Shown here piece by piece: positions 18,821-28,566 of a stretch of 64,000 nucleotides of DNA. The position numbers and the translations under genes are program-made. Source of the stretch: a virus; IMG/VR virus record IMGVR_UViG_3300021599_001992, positions 1-64,000 of that record, one strand, 5' to 3'. Below the pieces are notes generated by a model, which saw nothing but the letters and a program-made list of their open reading frames with translations, had not been told where the DNA came from and searched no databases. Positions within the stretch are counted from its first letter, which is position 1. The number at the start of each line of letters is the position of its first letter.

Positions 18821-19608
18821 CCTTTTTTCAAATAATTTAATATATCTTCAGGTGATAAGTCGTTACTCTCCATTGCACTTTTTAGAGAATCTAACTGTCT
18901 TTTAACTATTGAATTTATTTCTTTAGTTTCCATTTCTCCATTTTTAACAATATCATTGACATCTGATTTCTTTTTTAAAACACTTTCCAAATACTCTTCA
19001 ACAAACTTTTTTGGATTTTCGACTAATCTTACTTGTCCATTCGGTAAATCTTTGTCATAACCCATATCATCTAATTTTTCTTCAGCACTATCTTCGGGAA
19101 CTTCTAATTCATCTTCTAAATGTTTTTTAGCCTTATCATATGGTAAATCTTTAAGAATCGTATCATCCGCACCTAATATATTGTCCAATTCGACTTCAAG
19201 GATATCTTTTTTTGTAAGTTCTTTACCTTCCGCCCAATATTTCAATGAAGTTGCAACACCATATCTACCACCACCAAGTTGTCCAAACGCATGATTACCC
19301 ATTTGACCCGCGGAACTTAATGTAACTTCGTCACTTATTTTATTTTGTGTAATAAACTTAGATGCGAAATTTGCGTATTTTTTACCTCTTGCAATATTAC
19401 CTTTGCCATCCACAATTTCATCAACTTCTTCCTCTTTTTCTACTTTATCAGGTATTTTTTCGTAATCTGTCTTATCTGAGAACTCTTTTGCCCATTTAGC
19501 CCATTTTTTACCTTTTTTACCACCTTTTCCGGCTTGAGCGTAAAAAAATCTTTGTTGTGCTTTTGATGCAAACTTCTCTTCAATTACTTGTTTAATAAAA
19601 TTATTCAT
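18817..19608 (-). CDS. Hypothetical modular protein, probable head protein
   Basis: KFASKAQQRFFYA..W.K.AKEF..KT basic module followed by acidic modules. Confidence 0.65.
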   Translation of the reverse strand: MNNFIKQVIEEKFASKAQQRFFYAQAGKGGKKGKKWAKWAKEFSDKTDYEKIPDKVEKEEEVDEIVDGKGNIARGKKYANFASKFITQNKISDEVTLSSAGQMGNHAFGQLGGGRYGVATSLKYWAEGKELTKKDILEVELDNILGADDTILKDLPYDKAKKHLEDELEVPEDSAEEKLDDMGYDKDLPNGQVRLVENPKKFVEEYLESVLKKKSDVNDIVKNGEMETKEINSIVKRQLDSLKSAMESNDLSPEDILNYLKKG

Positions 19609-19623
19609 CTAAACAGTTTTTTA

Positions 19624-19656
19624 TATAAATATCAAACTTAGGGAAAGATATTTATT
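19624..19656. promoter_or_regulatory. Back-to-back putative late promoters TATTTAT(A/T)
   Basis: TATTTATA on the minus strand (19624-19631) and TATTTATT on the plus strand (19649-19656), between divergent operons. Confidence 0.65.
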
Positions 19657-19661
19657 ATAAC

Positions 19662-21122
19662 ATGAATACACAGAATATTTTAAAATATTACGGGTCTAAA
19701 TTGGATGTCAAGTTAGATTATTCGGAATTTTACGATTATGAAATTGCTAAAGTGGATTTAGATTATAATTCAGAAGTACTGGATTTAACTACACCTATAT
19801 CATACGACACCTTAAAAATTAACACAAACTTAGAAGATTTCAGTTGTGGAAGGTCTACGATATCTCTCTATGAAATTGATAATCGAGATAATGATCCGAA
19901 CTATCCATATTCAGGATTAACCGCTACGATTGATTATACAAACTTTGTTAACAGGATTTCTAACACATTTTCAAATACTATATTGAATAGTAATGTCTTT
20001 ACATATACAGGAATTACAGGAGAAACACATTTTTTTGGGATCAATTCCTATAATCAATCGAAAACCTATGATGTTGATTTTGGAGTTCCTAATGAATCGG
20101 TATTAATAAGTGGATTTACAACAGGGACAACTCTTGTATTAAAATGTGGGGAAAGGTTAGAAAATGAATTAAATTGTTGTTCCGTACCAAATAAATTATC
20201 GAATAAACCATGGGCATATCAATTCATGGAACCATTTATATCGGGTTGTACTAAAGTTATTGAAAGACGTGTTGAAAAGGGTTGGACATTAGATTTTATT
20301 TTCAATAGAGAGGATTTACCGTGGTCAAGCGGTGGAGTATTTTATTATTTTGGTGTAAGGGGTTCTGATTCGGTATCAGACTATGCTGATAATAATTTGT
20401 CATTTCAATTTACTTCAGATAGAAGAATTAAATGGGTTGCACATCATTATTCTGGTTATTGTCAAACCACAAATGGATTCTCTGAAAGTTATTATATAAG
20501 TTCAGGACAAACACCTCAATTGTGTACCACAGGATCCACAAAAGATTTTAATCTAACCATAGTTTTTGATAGATACAATAGATATCAAAATTGTGATTTG
20601 GAAAATGATGGGGGTTGGAACGATTTACTTGGTTATCAAATCAACGACTATAGTGATACTACAGTTACCGCAGTAACCTCCACTCAATTATCTACATATG
20701 AAGATACTTATGAATTTTTAAATAAAAAATGGTCTGATGAAAGAGATAAAAGACTTGGGACATTAAAAATTTATTTAAATGGTAGACCAATTTATAAATT
20801 AGAAAATTGGGAAGAGATTGTTCCATCGAATAGAGGTACACAACCATTTATACAATCATGGGGAGGAGGAACTGGTCTTATGAATAACATACATAACGGT
20901 GTATGTTGTTTTAATATGAAATCAATAAAATATTATGAAGAACCCTTAGATTTTGTTCGTGTTAGACATAATTTTTTAACAAGACTCAATAATTTTGATT
21001 TCTTTATTTGTGGAGAAAATTGTGAAGAGGATATTTTTAGTTTGGGTGATGGTCATATTTTAGATGATGAAGATAATATTTTATTAGGTGACGGAGACTC
21101 ACATTTAATATATAACGGATAA
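19662..21122 (+). CDS. Virion protein with LamG/concanavalin-like beta-sandwich region
   Basis: WTLDFIF, NLTIVFDRY, GTLKIYLNG, IKYYEEPL pattern; Cys-rich. Confidence 0.5.
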   Translation: MNTQNILKYYGSKLDVKLDYSEFYDYEIAKVDLDYNSEVLDLTTPISYDTLKINTNLEDFSCGRSTISLYEIDNRDNDPNYPYSGLTATIDYTNFVNRISNTFSNTILNSNVFTYTGITGETHFFGINSYNQSKTYDVDFGVPNESVLISGFTTGTTLVLKCGERLENELNCCSVPNKLSNKPWAYQFMEPFISGCTKVIERRVEKGWTLDFIFNREDLPWSSGGVFYYFGVRGSDSVSDYADNNLSFQFTSDRRIKWVAHHYSGYCQTTNGFSESYYISSGQTPQLCTTGSTKDFNLTIVFDRYNRYQNCDLENDGGWNDLLGYQINDYSDTTVTAVTSTQLSTYEDTYEFLNKKWSDERDKRLGTLKIYLNGRPIYKLENWEEIVPSNRGTQPFIQSWGGGTGLMNNIHNGVCCFNMKSIKYYEEPLDFVRVRHNFLTRLNNFDFFICGENCEEDIFSLGDGHILDDEDNILLGDGDSHLIYNG

Positions 21123-21139
21123 AATTATATTTATATAAA

Positions 21140-22879
21140 ATGGCAACAAATAAGTACATACATCAATTATCAGGAATAACAAATCCAAGTCTAACAGGTT
21201 TTACAGTTTTTGATACTCAGGAATCGACATATAAAGTTTCTTTGGACAGTTTGAGACAAACTCTTGTTGATAGTGGGTCTCACTTTTTTACGGGAAGTCA
21301 AACTATAAATGGAAACTTAACTGTTAGTGGATCAATAACAGCACAACAATATGTTGTAAGTTCATCTTTAATTAACGTTACAAATTATAATGTAAGTGGA
21401 TCATCAATATTTGGAAACTCATTAGACGATAAACATCAATTTACTGGTAGTGTTAATATAACAGGTAGTTTCACAATAAATGGAACCACATTCTCCGCAA
21501 TGACATCAGGAACTTCCGGTACTTCGGGTGCCGCGGGAAGTTCAGGAACAAGTGGGACATCAGGTCAATCGTCAATTCTTGGATTAACATGGAAAAAGGG
21601 AAATTTTAATGATGAAGGATATTTTGGATCGGGACCAAGTAATCAATATTTATCGGTCGATTATTTTTTATTTAACAACACATCTTGGGATTATAATAAT
21701 GATTCTGTCGCAAGTAGTGGAAATGCCACTAACTTTTTAAATGGTATTTCTTTTGGTACAATTTTTCATTTTACAAAAATTGGTCAACCACAAAATTTTG
21801 GAATTTATAGGGTAACAGGGGTAACTACCGGTGCAACAAGTACAACAGTTTACGTACAAGATTTGGCGGGAAATAGTTTACAAGGAATACAACCTAATGA
21901 AGTATATAGTGTTTTTTACACTAATTCGGGAGATAGTATTTTTGCTCAAACAGGTTCTGTTTGGGCAACAACAAATGATTTAGAAATTACGGGTTCTATC
22001 GGAGTCGAGGGGATCGTAACATCTTCTCAATTTATATCTACCGATATCAATAACGCAGAAAATTTTAAAGTGGGTGATAATGTTTGGTTAGGTGATATTG
22101 GAATGACTGATACTTTAGTTGTTAAAGGTATTCAAGATTCGGGATCAGGTTATATCAAATTTGGTTTAGCAAACACACATCAAAATCCATATATTGGACA
22201 TGATTCAGGTGAAGATGCCAATGTGCTTTCTGTTAATGCCGACACCACCAAATTTTCAAATGCAATAATTGTTGGTGGGGGAGGACTAATCGCCGGCAAT
22301 CCACAAATGTTACATGTAAACAGCTCAGGTAGTTTTAATATTGCTTATTTTGTTGGTGACACTGATACATATTCTCAAATAAATGTAAAAAATATAAATT
22401 CAGGCGGAGGTTCAAGTAGTGATATCGTCGCCACCGCGGATAATGGAACAGAAGATTTACATTATGTAAACATGGGTATCAATTCAAGTGGATTTGATAC
22501 ACCTTTTTCTGTTGGTTATCAGAATGATGCATATGTAATTAACAGAGGTAGAGATTTATATATTGGTTCATTGGATGGTCCCGATCCCGACCACACACAC
22601 GTTCACTTATTCTCATCAAATAGTTGGCAAAATCCACAGATTAATATTATAAGTGATGCAAGAATTGGATTTAATACGGGATCTGTTAGTTCAGGATTTA
22701 CATATGAATTTAGTGGTAGTGTTAAATTAAAAAATGATTTAAGTGTTAATGGTAGTGCAACTTTGAATAATAGTAATATAGTTTCATCAGACACTATATT
22801 AAAAATAGAAACAATAACATCATCATCATATACATCAATAACACCCGTTAGTGGAACATTATATATTATAATTGATTAA
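21140..22879 (+). CDS. Tail fibre / virion appendage protein
   Basis: FTGSQTINGNLTVSGS and FGNSLDDKHQFTGS beta repeats, a (SGT)n tract, and C-terminal P.SGTLYII. Confidence 0.7.
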   Translation: MATNKYIHQLSGITNPSLTGFTVFDTQESTYKVSLDSLRQTLVDSGSHFFTGSQTINGNLTVSGSITAQQYVVSSSLINVTNYNVSGSSIFGNSLDDKHQFTGSVNITGSFTINGTTFSAMTSGTSGTSGAAGSSGTSGTSGQSSILGLTWKKGNFNDEGYFGSGPSNQYLSVDYFLFNNTSWDYNNDSVASSGNATNFLNGISFGTIFHFTKIGQPQNFGIYRVTGVTTGATSTTVYVQDLAGNSLQGIQPNEVYSVFYTNSGDSIFAQTGSVWATTNDLEITGSIGVEGIVTSSQFISTDINNAENFKVGDNVWLGDIGMTDTLVVKGIQDSGSGYIKFGLANTHQNPYIGHDSGEDANVLSVNADTTKFSNAIIVGGGGLIAGNPQMLHVNSSGSFNIAYFVGDTDTYSQINVKNINSGGGSSSDIVATADNGTEDLHYVNMGINSSGFDTPFSVGYQNDAYVINRGRDLYIGSLDGPDPDHTHVHLFSSNSWQNPQINIISDARIGFNTGSVSSGFTYEFSGSVKLKNDLSVNGSATLNNSNIVSSDTILKIETITSSSYTSITPVSGTLYIIID

Positions 22880-22880
22880 G

Positions 22881-24089
22881 ATGGGTTTATTTGAAAATAT
22901 AGATAATATAATTCTTAATGGTAATAGTGCAAGTAAGGCTTTCTTAAACGGTAATGATGTTTGGGGGATGATGACACCTACACCCACACCAACCGAAACT
23001 CCTACACCAACACCTACGGTAACACCAACCCCAACTCCATTAGATTCAACACAATTATTAATAAATCCTCATTTCGATTTAGGAACAACAGGATGGTCTG
23101 CAACAGGAGGATTTGGGACATGGTCCTTTACTTCATCAAATCAAGTCGCCGTTTTAAATAGTGTCTTATATTTTACATATGTAAGTCGAACTGTTAGTCA
23201 ATCTGTTAACGTTAGTAGTTACATTTCATCCTCAGATTCTTTTGAGGGTGTCCTTAATATTAAACGTGAGGAAAATGGACCCAATAATAATGATACGTAT
23301 ACTTTTACTTTGTTATTTAAAAACTCAAGTGGGGCAACGGTTGCAACGAAAACAACAGGGTCAAATGTTGCACCTCTAAATTACACAGATATAACGTTAA
23401 CGTTAAATAGAAGTGAAATCCCATCAACATACGATACAATTACAACAGTTGATGTTCAGATTACAGGTGTAGATGCGGGATTTTGGAATGGAAATCATGG
23501 ACCGTGGGTTGAATACGTAAATTTAAATGTAGTTAGTTATTTGGATTTAACACCAACTCCCACACCTACGATGACACCTACTTCCACACCAACACCAACC
23601 GAAACACCAACACCAACACCAACACCAACCGAAACACCAACACCAACACCTACGGCAACGCCAACAGGATATTCATTTAATTTAGTATCAACACCATATA
23701 ATTTCCCTTCATCAGGAAATTCAATAATGAATGACCCAATAGGAAACGTATCGGGTTCTACTGAAATAAATTTATTACAAACAACAGGTAGAGGGTTCTA
23801 TTTTAATAAAATAGATAATGAAAGTGTTGATAGAATAAGTTACTATTCTGGATTTACAGGACATAGTGTAACAATAACATTGACTCAAAATAATAGTACT
23901 GTAATATATTCGGGTGATACAAATTCATTTAAGTTTTGGAGTCAAGGTGGGGTTGAGGGATTTGTATTCGGAACGAACATAGGTGTTCCTCCAACACCAT
24001 CACCGAGTGGTGTGGCAACTTTAATACAATCGGCACCAACACCTTGGGTTATTGGTGACCCTGTTTATGTGGGTTTACAAAATAATTAG
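22881..24089 (+). CDS. Virion protein with (Thr-Pro)n linkers and a carbohydrate-binding-like domain
   Basis: Two PT tracts flanking a LLINPHFD.G..GW..GPWVEYVNL jelly-roll-like domain. Confidence 0.65.
   Translation: MGLFENIDNIILNGNSASKAFLNGNDVWGMMTPTPTPTETPTPTPTVTPTPTPLDSTQLLINPHFDLGTTGWSATGGFGTWSFTSSNQVAVLNSVLYFTYVSRTVSQSVNVSSYISSSDSFEGVLNIKREENGPNNNDTYTFTLLFKNSSGATVATKTTGSNVAPLNYTDITLTLNRSEIPSTYDTITTVDVQITGVDAGFWNGNHGPWVEYVNLNVVSYLDLTPTPTPTMTPTSTPTPTETPTPTPTPTETPTPTPTATPTGYSFNLVSTPYNFPSSGNSIMNDPIGNVSGSTEINLLQTTGRGFYFNKIDNESVDRISYYSGFTGHSVTITLTQNNSTVIYSGDTNSFKFWSQGGVEGFVFGTNIGVPPTPSPSGVATLIQSAPTPWVIGDPVYVGLQNN
23550..23665 (+). repeat. Imperfect (ACACCA)n tandem repeat encoding TPTPTPTETP
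   Basis: ccaacaccaacaccaaccgaaacaccaacacc repeated; similar tracts near 22975-23040 and 24800-24870. Confidence 0.85.
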
Positions 24090-24101
24090 TATTTATAAGA
24101 T

Positions 24102-24470
24102 ATGGAATTTTTTATTAGACAAGGGGCTTCAGACCCAATATTAAAAATGAGATTAATTGATGATGGTAAAAATGATAAATCATCATTTAATGACATGTTG
24201 GAAAATTCTGACATTACATTTGAAATGTTTGATGTTGAAAATGATGTGTACCATATATTAAATGGTCAATGTTTAATAACTACAAGAACAAAAAAATATG
24301 ACCAAACAACTGACGAATATTATATAACATATAGATTTACAGAAGAAAACACAAAGATTAAAGGTAGATACGAAGGTATTGTTACAATACAATTTTTAGA
24401 TGTAAATTCAAATCCAACAAACAAACTAATACTTCCAATAAAAGAAAAACTTTTTATTAACATAGTATAA
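24102..24470 (+). CDS. BppU N-terminal-like baseplate/fibre adaptor
   Basis: FFIRQG...P.L...L, ITYRF...T...G.YEG...F..LILP. Confidence 0.55.
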   Translation: MEFFIRQGASDPILKMRLIDDGKNDKSSFNDMLENSDITFEMFDVENDVYHILNGQCLITTRTKKYDQTTDEYYITYRFTEENTKIKGRYEGIVTIQFLDVNSNPTNKLILPIKEKLFINIV

Positions 24471-25573
24471 TGCCAAAGAAAATTAAAAGTTTTGGAAGTA
24501 CAAACAAAGTCATCACAACACAGAATACAAATTTTAGTATTGGTATAGACAGTTTAGATGATTATGGTGAAACAAAAAACTCCGGATTTTGGATGGGTAT
24601 TGATAACCCACCATGTGGATACACAATTTATGTTCATAGAAATATTGGAGGACCAACTATACATGTTGCACATGACGATACACAATGTATATTTTTTTTA
24701 AGATCTTTTGGATCGACAGGTACTACTATAAGTGAAGTTCTCGCTTGGTCAACAGGAAGAACCGATTTGTGGGTAGATGGAACAGGATGTGGGGGTTCAA
24801 CTCCTACTCCTACACCTACACCTACCGCAACTCCTACACCTACACCTACACCTACCGCACCACCACCAGTTGCATCAGATCCGACTTTGGAAATATGGTA
24901 TGATTTCTCAGATAGTGCGACTATTACCTTAGGTACGGGTACAGATATAAACTCTGTAAATGATAAATCAACTGGAACGGTAAAACCATCAAACTCTACT
25001 GGAGGTAAAAGACCAAAACAAGTTACTTCATATCAAAATGGTCTTAGTGTTGCATATTTTGATGGTGATAATGATCAATTTAGTGTTAACCCAATTACAA
25101 ATTTCCAATCAATATCTGGTGCCACTATGATAGTTGTTGGTAAATTTAATACAACAGGTATAACATATACAATGGTACAAGGAGGTCAAAATAACAACCA
25201 AAGAAATGCAAACTGGTTAGGTACAACGGGTGGAAAATACAGAATTGGTATGGGTCAAGGATTATCAACAACAACCAATACAGTTGATACTAACTTCAAT
25301 ATATTTACTTGTGTTTATGACGGTTCACAAATAGGAAATAGTGATAGGTTGAAATTTAGAATTAATGGAATAGACCAATCATTAACATTTAGTGTAAATG
25401 TAAGTGGCACAACTTCATCAGATACGAACTACATTTATATTGGAGAAACGGCAAATGGTGTTGAGGATTTAAATGGATACGTTGGTGAAGTGTTGTTATA
25501 CACTAAGACATTAACTAATAGTGAAATAGTAAACACCGAAAATTATCTCAAAAATAAATGGGGGATATCCTAA
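24470..25573 (+). CDS. LamG/ConA-like lectin-domain virion protein with PT linker
   Basis: LEIWYD.SD, YFDG.ND, NGYVGEVLLY...L....ENYL..KWG. Confidence 0.7.
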   Translation: MPKKIKSFGSTNKVITTQNTNFSIGIDSLDDYGETKNSGFWMGIDNPPCGYTIYVHRNIGGPTIHVAHDDTQCIFFLRSFGSTGTTISEVLAWSTGRTDLWVDGTGCGGSTPTPTPTPTATPTPTPTPTAPPPVASDPTLEIWYDFSDSATITLGTGTDINSVNDKSTGTVKPSNSTGGKRPKQVTSYQNGLSVAYFDGDNDQFSVNPITNFQSISGATMIVVGKFNTTGITYTMVQGGQNNNQRNANWLGTTGGKYRIGMGQGLSTTTNTVDTNFNIFTCVYDGSQIGNSDRLKFRINGIDQSLTFSVNVSGTTSSDTNYIYIGETANGVEDLNGYVGEVLLYTKTLTNSEIVNTENYLKNKWGIS

Positions 25574-25668
25574 TTTTTTTTTACAAAAATTTTAATTATA
25601 TTTATTAGTGTCAAGGCAAATTGTGATTTAACATCACAAGCAAATACGTCACATTAAAAATATAAATA

Positions 25669-28566
25669 ATGAAAGAGGTTATTTCTCAGGAAATTATCGA
25701 AAATTTCCTAAACGGATCCGATCCGGAAGAATTCATAGTTGGTGTAGAATACGATTATCCAACAAATACAATTTATAAAATTATACAAGATCCTGAAAAA
25801 GGAAAAAAAGTAATATCAGATAAATTCATTCCATTTTTATGGGTTGGTGATTTGTCTGGATTAAATTTTTATAATAATTCCAAGGCAACTCAAAAAAGGG
25901 CCATGATGAAACATGGTATTCTAATTGAAAAATTGGAAACATATGGAAACGAAAGGTTAGAAAATGGTTTAAAATATCTCGTAAAAAGCACAAAAAGTTA
26001 TACCAATTTAACAAGTTTTTTTAGAGAGGGTGGTGTTGATCCGTGGAATGAAAATTTTAGACAATATTTTCAAGTATTGTCTCCTGTAGAACAATATCTA
26101 ATAGATAAAAAGAAAAGATTATTCAAGGGTATTGAGAATTATTCAGATGTTTACAGATTCGTATTTGACATTGAGACTACAGGTCTTGAACCAGAAAAAA
26201 ATAATATTATTCTTATTGGGGTTAAAGATAATCGTGGATTAAATGAAACAATCCCCGCATTTGGTCAAGACGGAGAAAAAAAATGTATTGAAAGATTCTT
26301 TCAATTAATAAGAGAAAGAAAACCCACAATTATAGGTGGATATAACTCGGCATTTTTCGATTGGCCCTTTATATTAAAACGTGCAGAAATATTGGGTGTT
26401 GATGTACAGGGTTTAACAGCAATCTTTACTCCTAAAGGTATTACGGAAAAAGAAGGTATGTTGAAATTAGCAAATGAAGTTGAACCGTATACACAACATG
26501 TTATTTGGGGATTTAATATCATTGATATTGCGCACGCAGTTAGAAGAGCACAGGCGATTAATAGTGAAATTAAATCGTGGGGTTTGAAATATATCACAAA
26601 ATATTTGGAGAAAGAAAAATCAAATCGTGTGTATGTTGACGGTGCATATATTTCAAAAATATATCTTGATAATGAGAGTTATTATGTGAATCCAAAAACA
26701 GGTAACTATAAAAAAATAGGTGAACCAGGCACAGAGAATTTATTAGAAAAATATCCCGGCAAATTTGAAATATGGCCAGGTAGAAAAATTGTTGAACAAT
26801 ATCTTGATGATGACTTGTATGAAACTATGATTGTTGACGATTCTTTTTCACAATCAACTTTCTTACTTTCAAAACTTGTACCGACAACGTATGAAAGAAT
26901 CGCAACAATGGGTACCGCAACGTTATGGAAAATAATCATGTTGGCTTGGTCCTATGAAAACAATTTGGCAATTCCAACTAAAGATGAGAAACGTGCAATC
27001 ACAGGTGGATTATCAAGGTTATTAAATGTTGGTTATTCAAAGAATATTGTCAAGTTTGACTACGCGTCACTTTACCCATCTATTCAACTTGTTTATGATG
27101 TATTTCCTGAATGTGATGTGATGGGTGTTCAGAAATCAATGCTAAAATATTTCCGTAACATTCGTATCAAATACAAAAGACTTGCGGGTGAACTTGCTAA
27201 AACAAATCCTGTTGAGGCTGAGATGTACGACCGTAAACAATTACCAATTAAGATTTTCATCAATGCATACTTTGGTTCACTTTCCGCACCACAAGTATTT
27301 CCGTGGGGTGATATGAATATGGGTGAAACAATTACATGTACCGGTAGACAATGTCTCCGTATGATGATTATGTTTTTCATGAAGAAAGGATACAAACCAC
27401 TTGTAATGGATACGGATGGTGTTAACTTTGAAACTCCTGATGACATTCAAAATACAATTTACATAGGTAAAGGTAATAATGAATTAGTGGAAGAAGGTAA
27501 GGAATATAAGGGTATTGAAGCAGATACCGCAGAATTCAATGATTTATTCATGAGAAACGAAATGGGTTTAGATATTGACTATATGGCACCCGCATGTATT
27601 AATGTTTCTCGTAAAAATTATATAATAAAACTAATAAAGAAAGGTAAGGAAAAAATTAAATTAACAGGTAACACTATAAAATCTAAAAAACTACAACAAT
27701 ATATTGTGGAATTTTTAGATGAGGGTTTGAAACATCTATTAAATGGTGATGGTGCCTCATTTGTTGAATTATATTATGAATATGTAACTAAGATATTCAA
27801 TAAGGAAATACCATTATCTAAGATTGCAAATAAGGCAAGAGTAAAACAATCTGTTGATGAATATAGAAAACACATTAAAAAAGTAACTAAGGCAGGTTCT
27901 TTAATGTCACGTCAGGCACATATGGAACTTGTTATGTTAAATGATTATCCTGCAGGTTTAGGTGAAACAATTTATTATGTAAATAATGGTCTTAAAAAAT
28001 CATCGGGGGACGTTCAGAAAATTTCAAAACCAACAAAAAAACAACAGGAAGAATTTTTACAGAAACATGGTCATCCCATGCCGTCAGATTACATTGAAAT
28101 AAATTGTTATATGATTCCTGAAAAGGAAATTCAAAATAATCCTGAGATGACAGGGGAATATAATGTTGCGAGATATCTCTCCACATTTAACAAAAGAATA
28201 GAACCTTTATTGTGTGTTTTCAAACCTGAGATTAGAGAAGATATATTAATTGAAGATCCTAAAGACAGACAATATTTTACAAAATCACAATGTGAACTTG
28301 TAAACGGTTATCCTTTGAAAGAAGGTGGACAAGATAACTTTGATGAGGTTATGACTTTATCTGATAGTGAGGTACTTTTTTGGAACAGAGTGAATAGAGA
28401 CCCTTTCTTTATGTATGTTGAAAATAGTTTGGAGTTAGTTGATCAATATTGGGTGGATCATAATAGGAAAGTAGTTTCACTACAGGCAAATAGTACTAAG
28501 AGTAATGAGGATGAAATAATTGAAACTAACGGAAATGACTTCGCGTATCACGCGGTGGAAAGTTAG
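25669..28566 (+). CDS. Family B DNA polymerase
   Basis: Exo I DIETTG, Exo II GYNSAFFD, motif A DYASLYPS, motif B K...NAYFG, motif C DTDG. Confidence 0.95.
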   Translation: MKEVISQEIIENFLNGSDPEEFIVGVEYDYPTNTIYKIIQDPEKGKKVISDKFIPFLWVGDLSGLNFYNNSKATQKRAMMKHGILIEKLETYGNERLENGLKYLVKSTKSYTNLTSFFREGGVDPWNENFRQYFQVLSPVEQYLIDKKKRLFKGIENYSDVYRFVFDIETTGLEPEKNNIILIGVKDNRGLNETIPAFGQDGEKKCIERFFQLIRERKPTIIGGYNSAFFDWPFILKRAEILGVDVQGLTAIFTPKGITEKEGMLKLANEVEPYTQHVIWGFNIIDIAHAVRRAQAINSEIKSWGLKYITKYLEKEKSNRVYVDGAYISKIYLDNESYYVNPKTGNYKKIGEPGTENLLEKYPGKFEIWPGRKIVEQYLDDDLYETMIVDDSFSQSTFLLSKLVPTTYERIATMGTATLWKIIMLAWSYENNLAIPTKDEKRAITGGLSRLLNVGYSKNIVKFDYASLYPSIQLVYDVFPECDVMGVQKSMLKYFRNIRIKYKRLAGELAKTNPVEAEMYDRKQLPIKIFINAYFGSLSAPQVFPWGDMNMGETITCTGRQCLRMMIMFFMKKGYKPLVMDTDGVNFETPDDIQNTIYIGKGNNELVEEGKEYKGIEADTAEFNDLFMRNEMGLDIDYMAPACINVSRKNYIIKLIKKGKEKIKLTGNTIKSKKLQQYIVEFLDEGLKHLLNGDGASFVELYYEYVTKIFNKEIPLSKIANKARVKQSVDEYRKHIKKVTKAGSLMSRQAHMELVMLNDYPAGLGETIYYVNNGLKKSSGDVQKISKPTKKQQEEFLQKHGHPMPSDYIEINCYMIPEKEIQNNPEMTGEYNVARYLSTFNKRIEPLLCVFKPEIREDILIEDPKDRQYFTKSQCELVNGYPLKEGGQDNFDEVMTLSDSEVLFWNRVNRDPFFMYVENSLELVDQYWVDHNRKVVSLQANSTKSNEDEIIETNGNDFAYHAVES

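Noticed and set aside
2889-19631. T4-type TATAAATA late promoters on the plus strand
   Set aside because: They point away from or antisense to the adjacent genes. The consistent coding-strand reading is TATTTATW.
25614-25660. c-di-GMP-I (GEMM) riboswitch suggested by GGCAAA-stem-GCAAA
   Set aside because: Lacks the GNRA tetraloop, the GAC bulge and the second hairpin; kept only as a generic leader hairpin.
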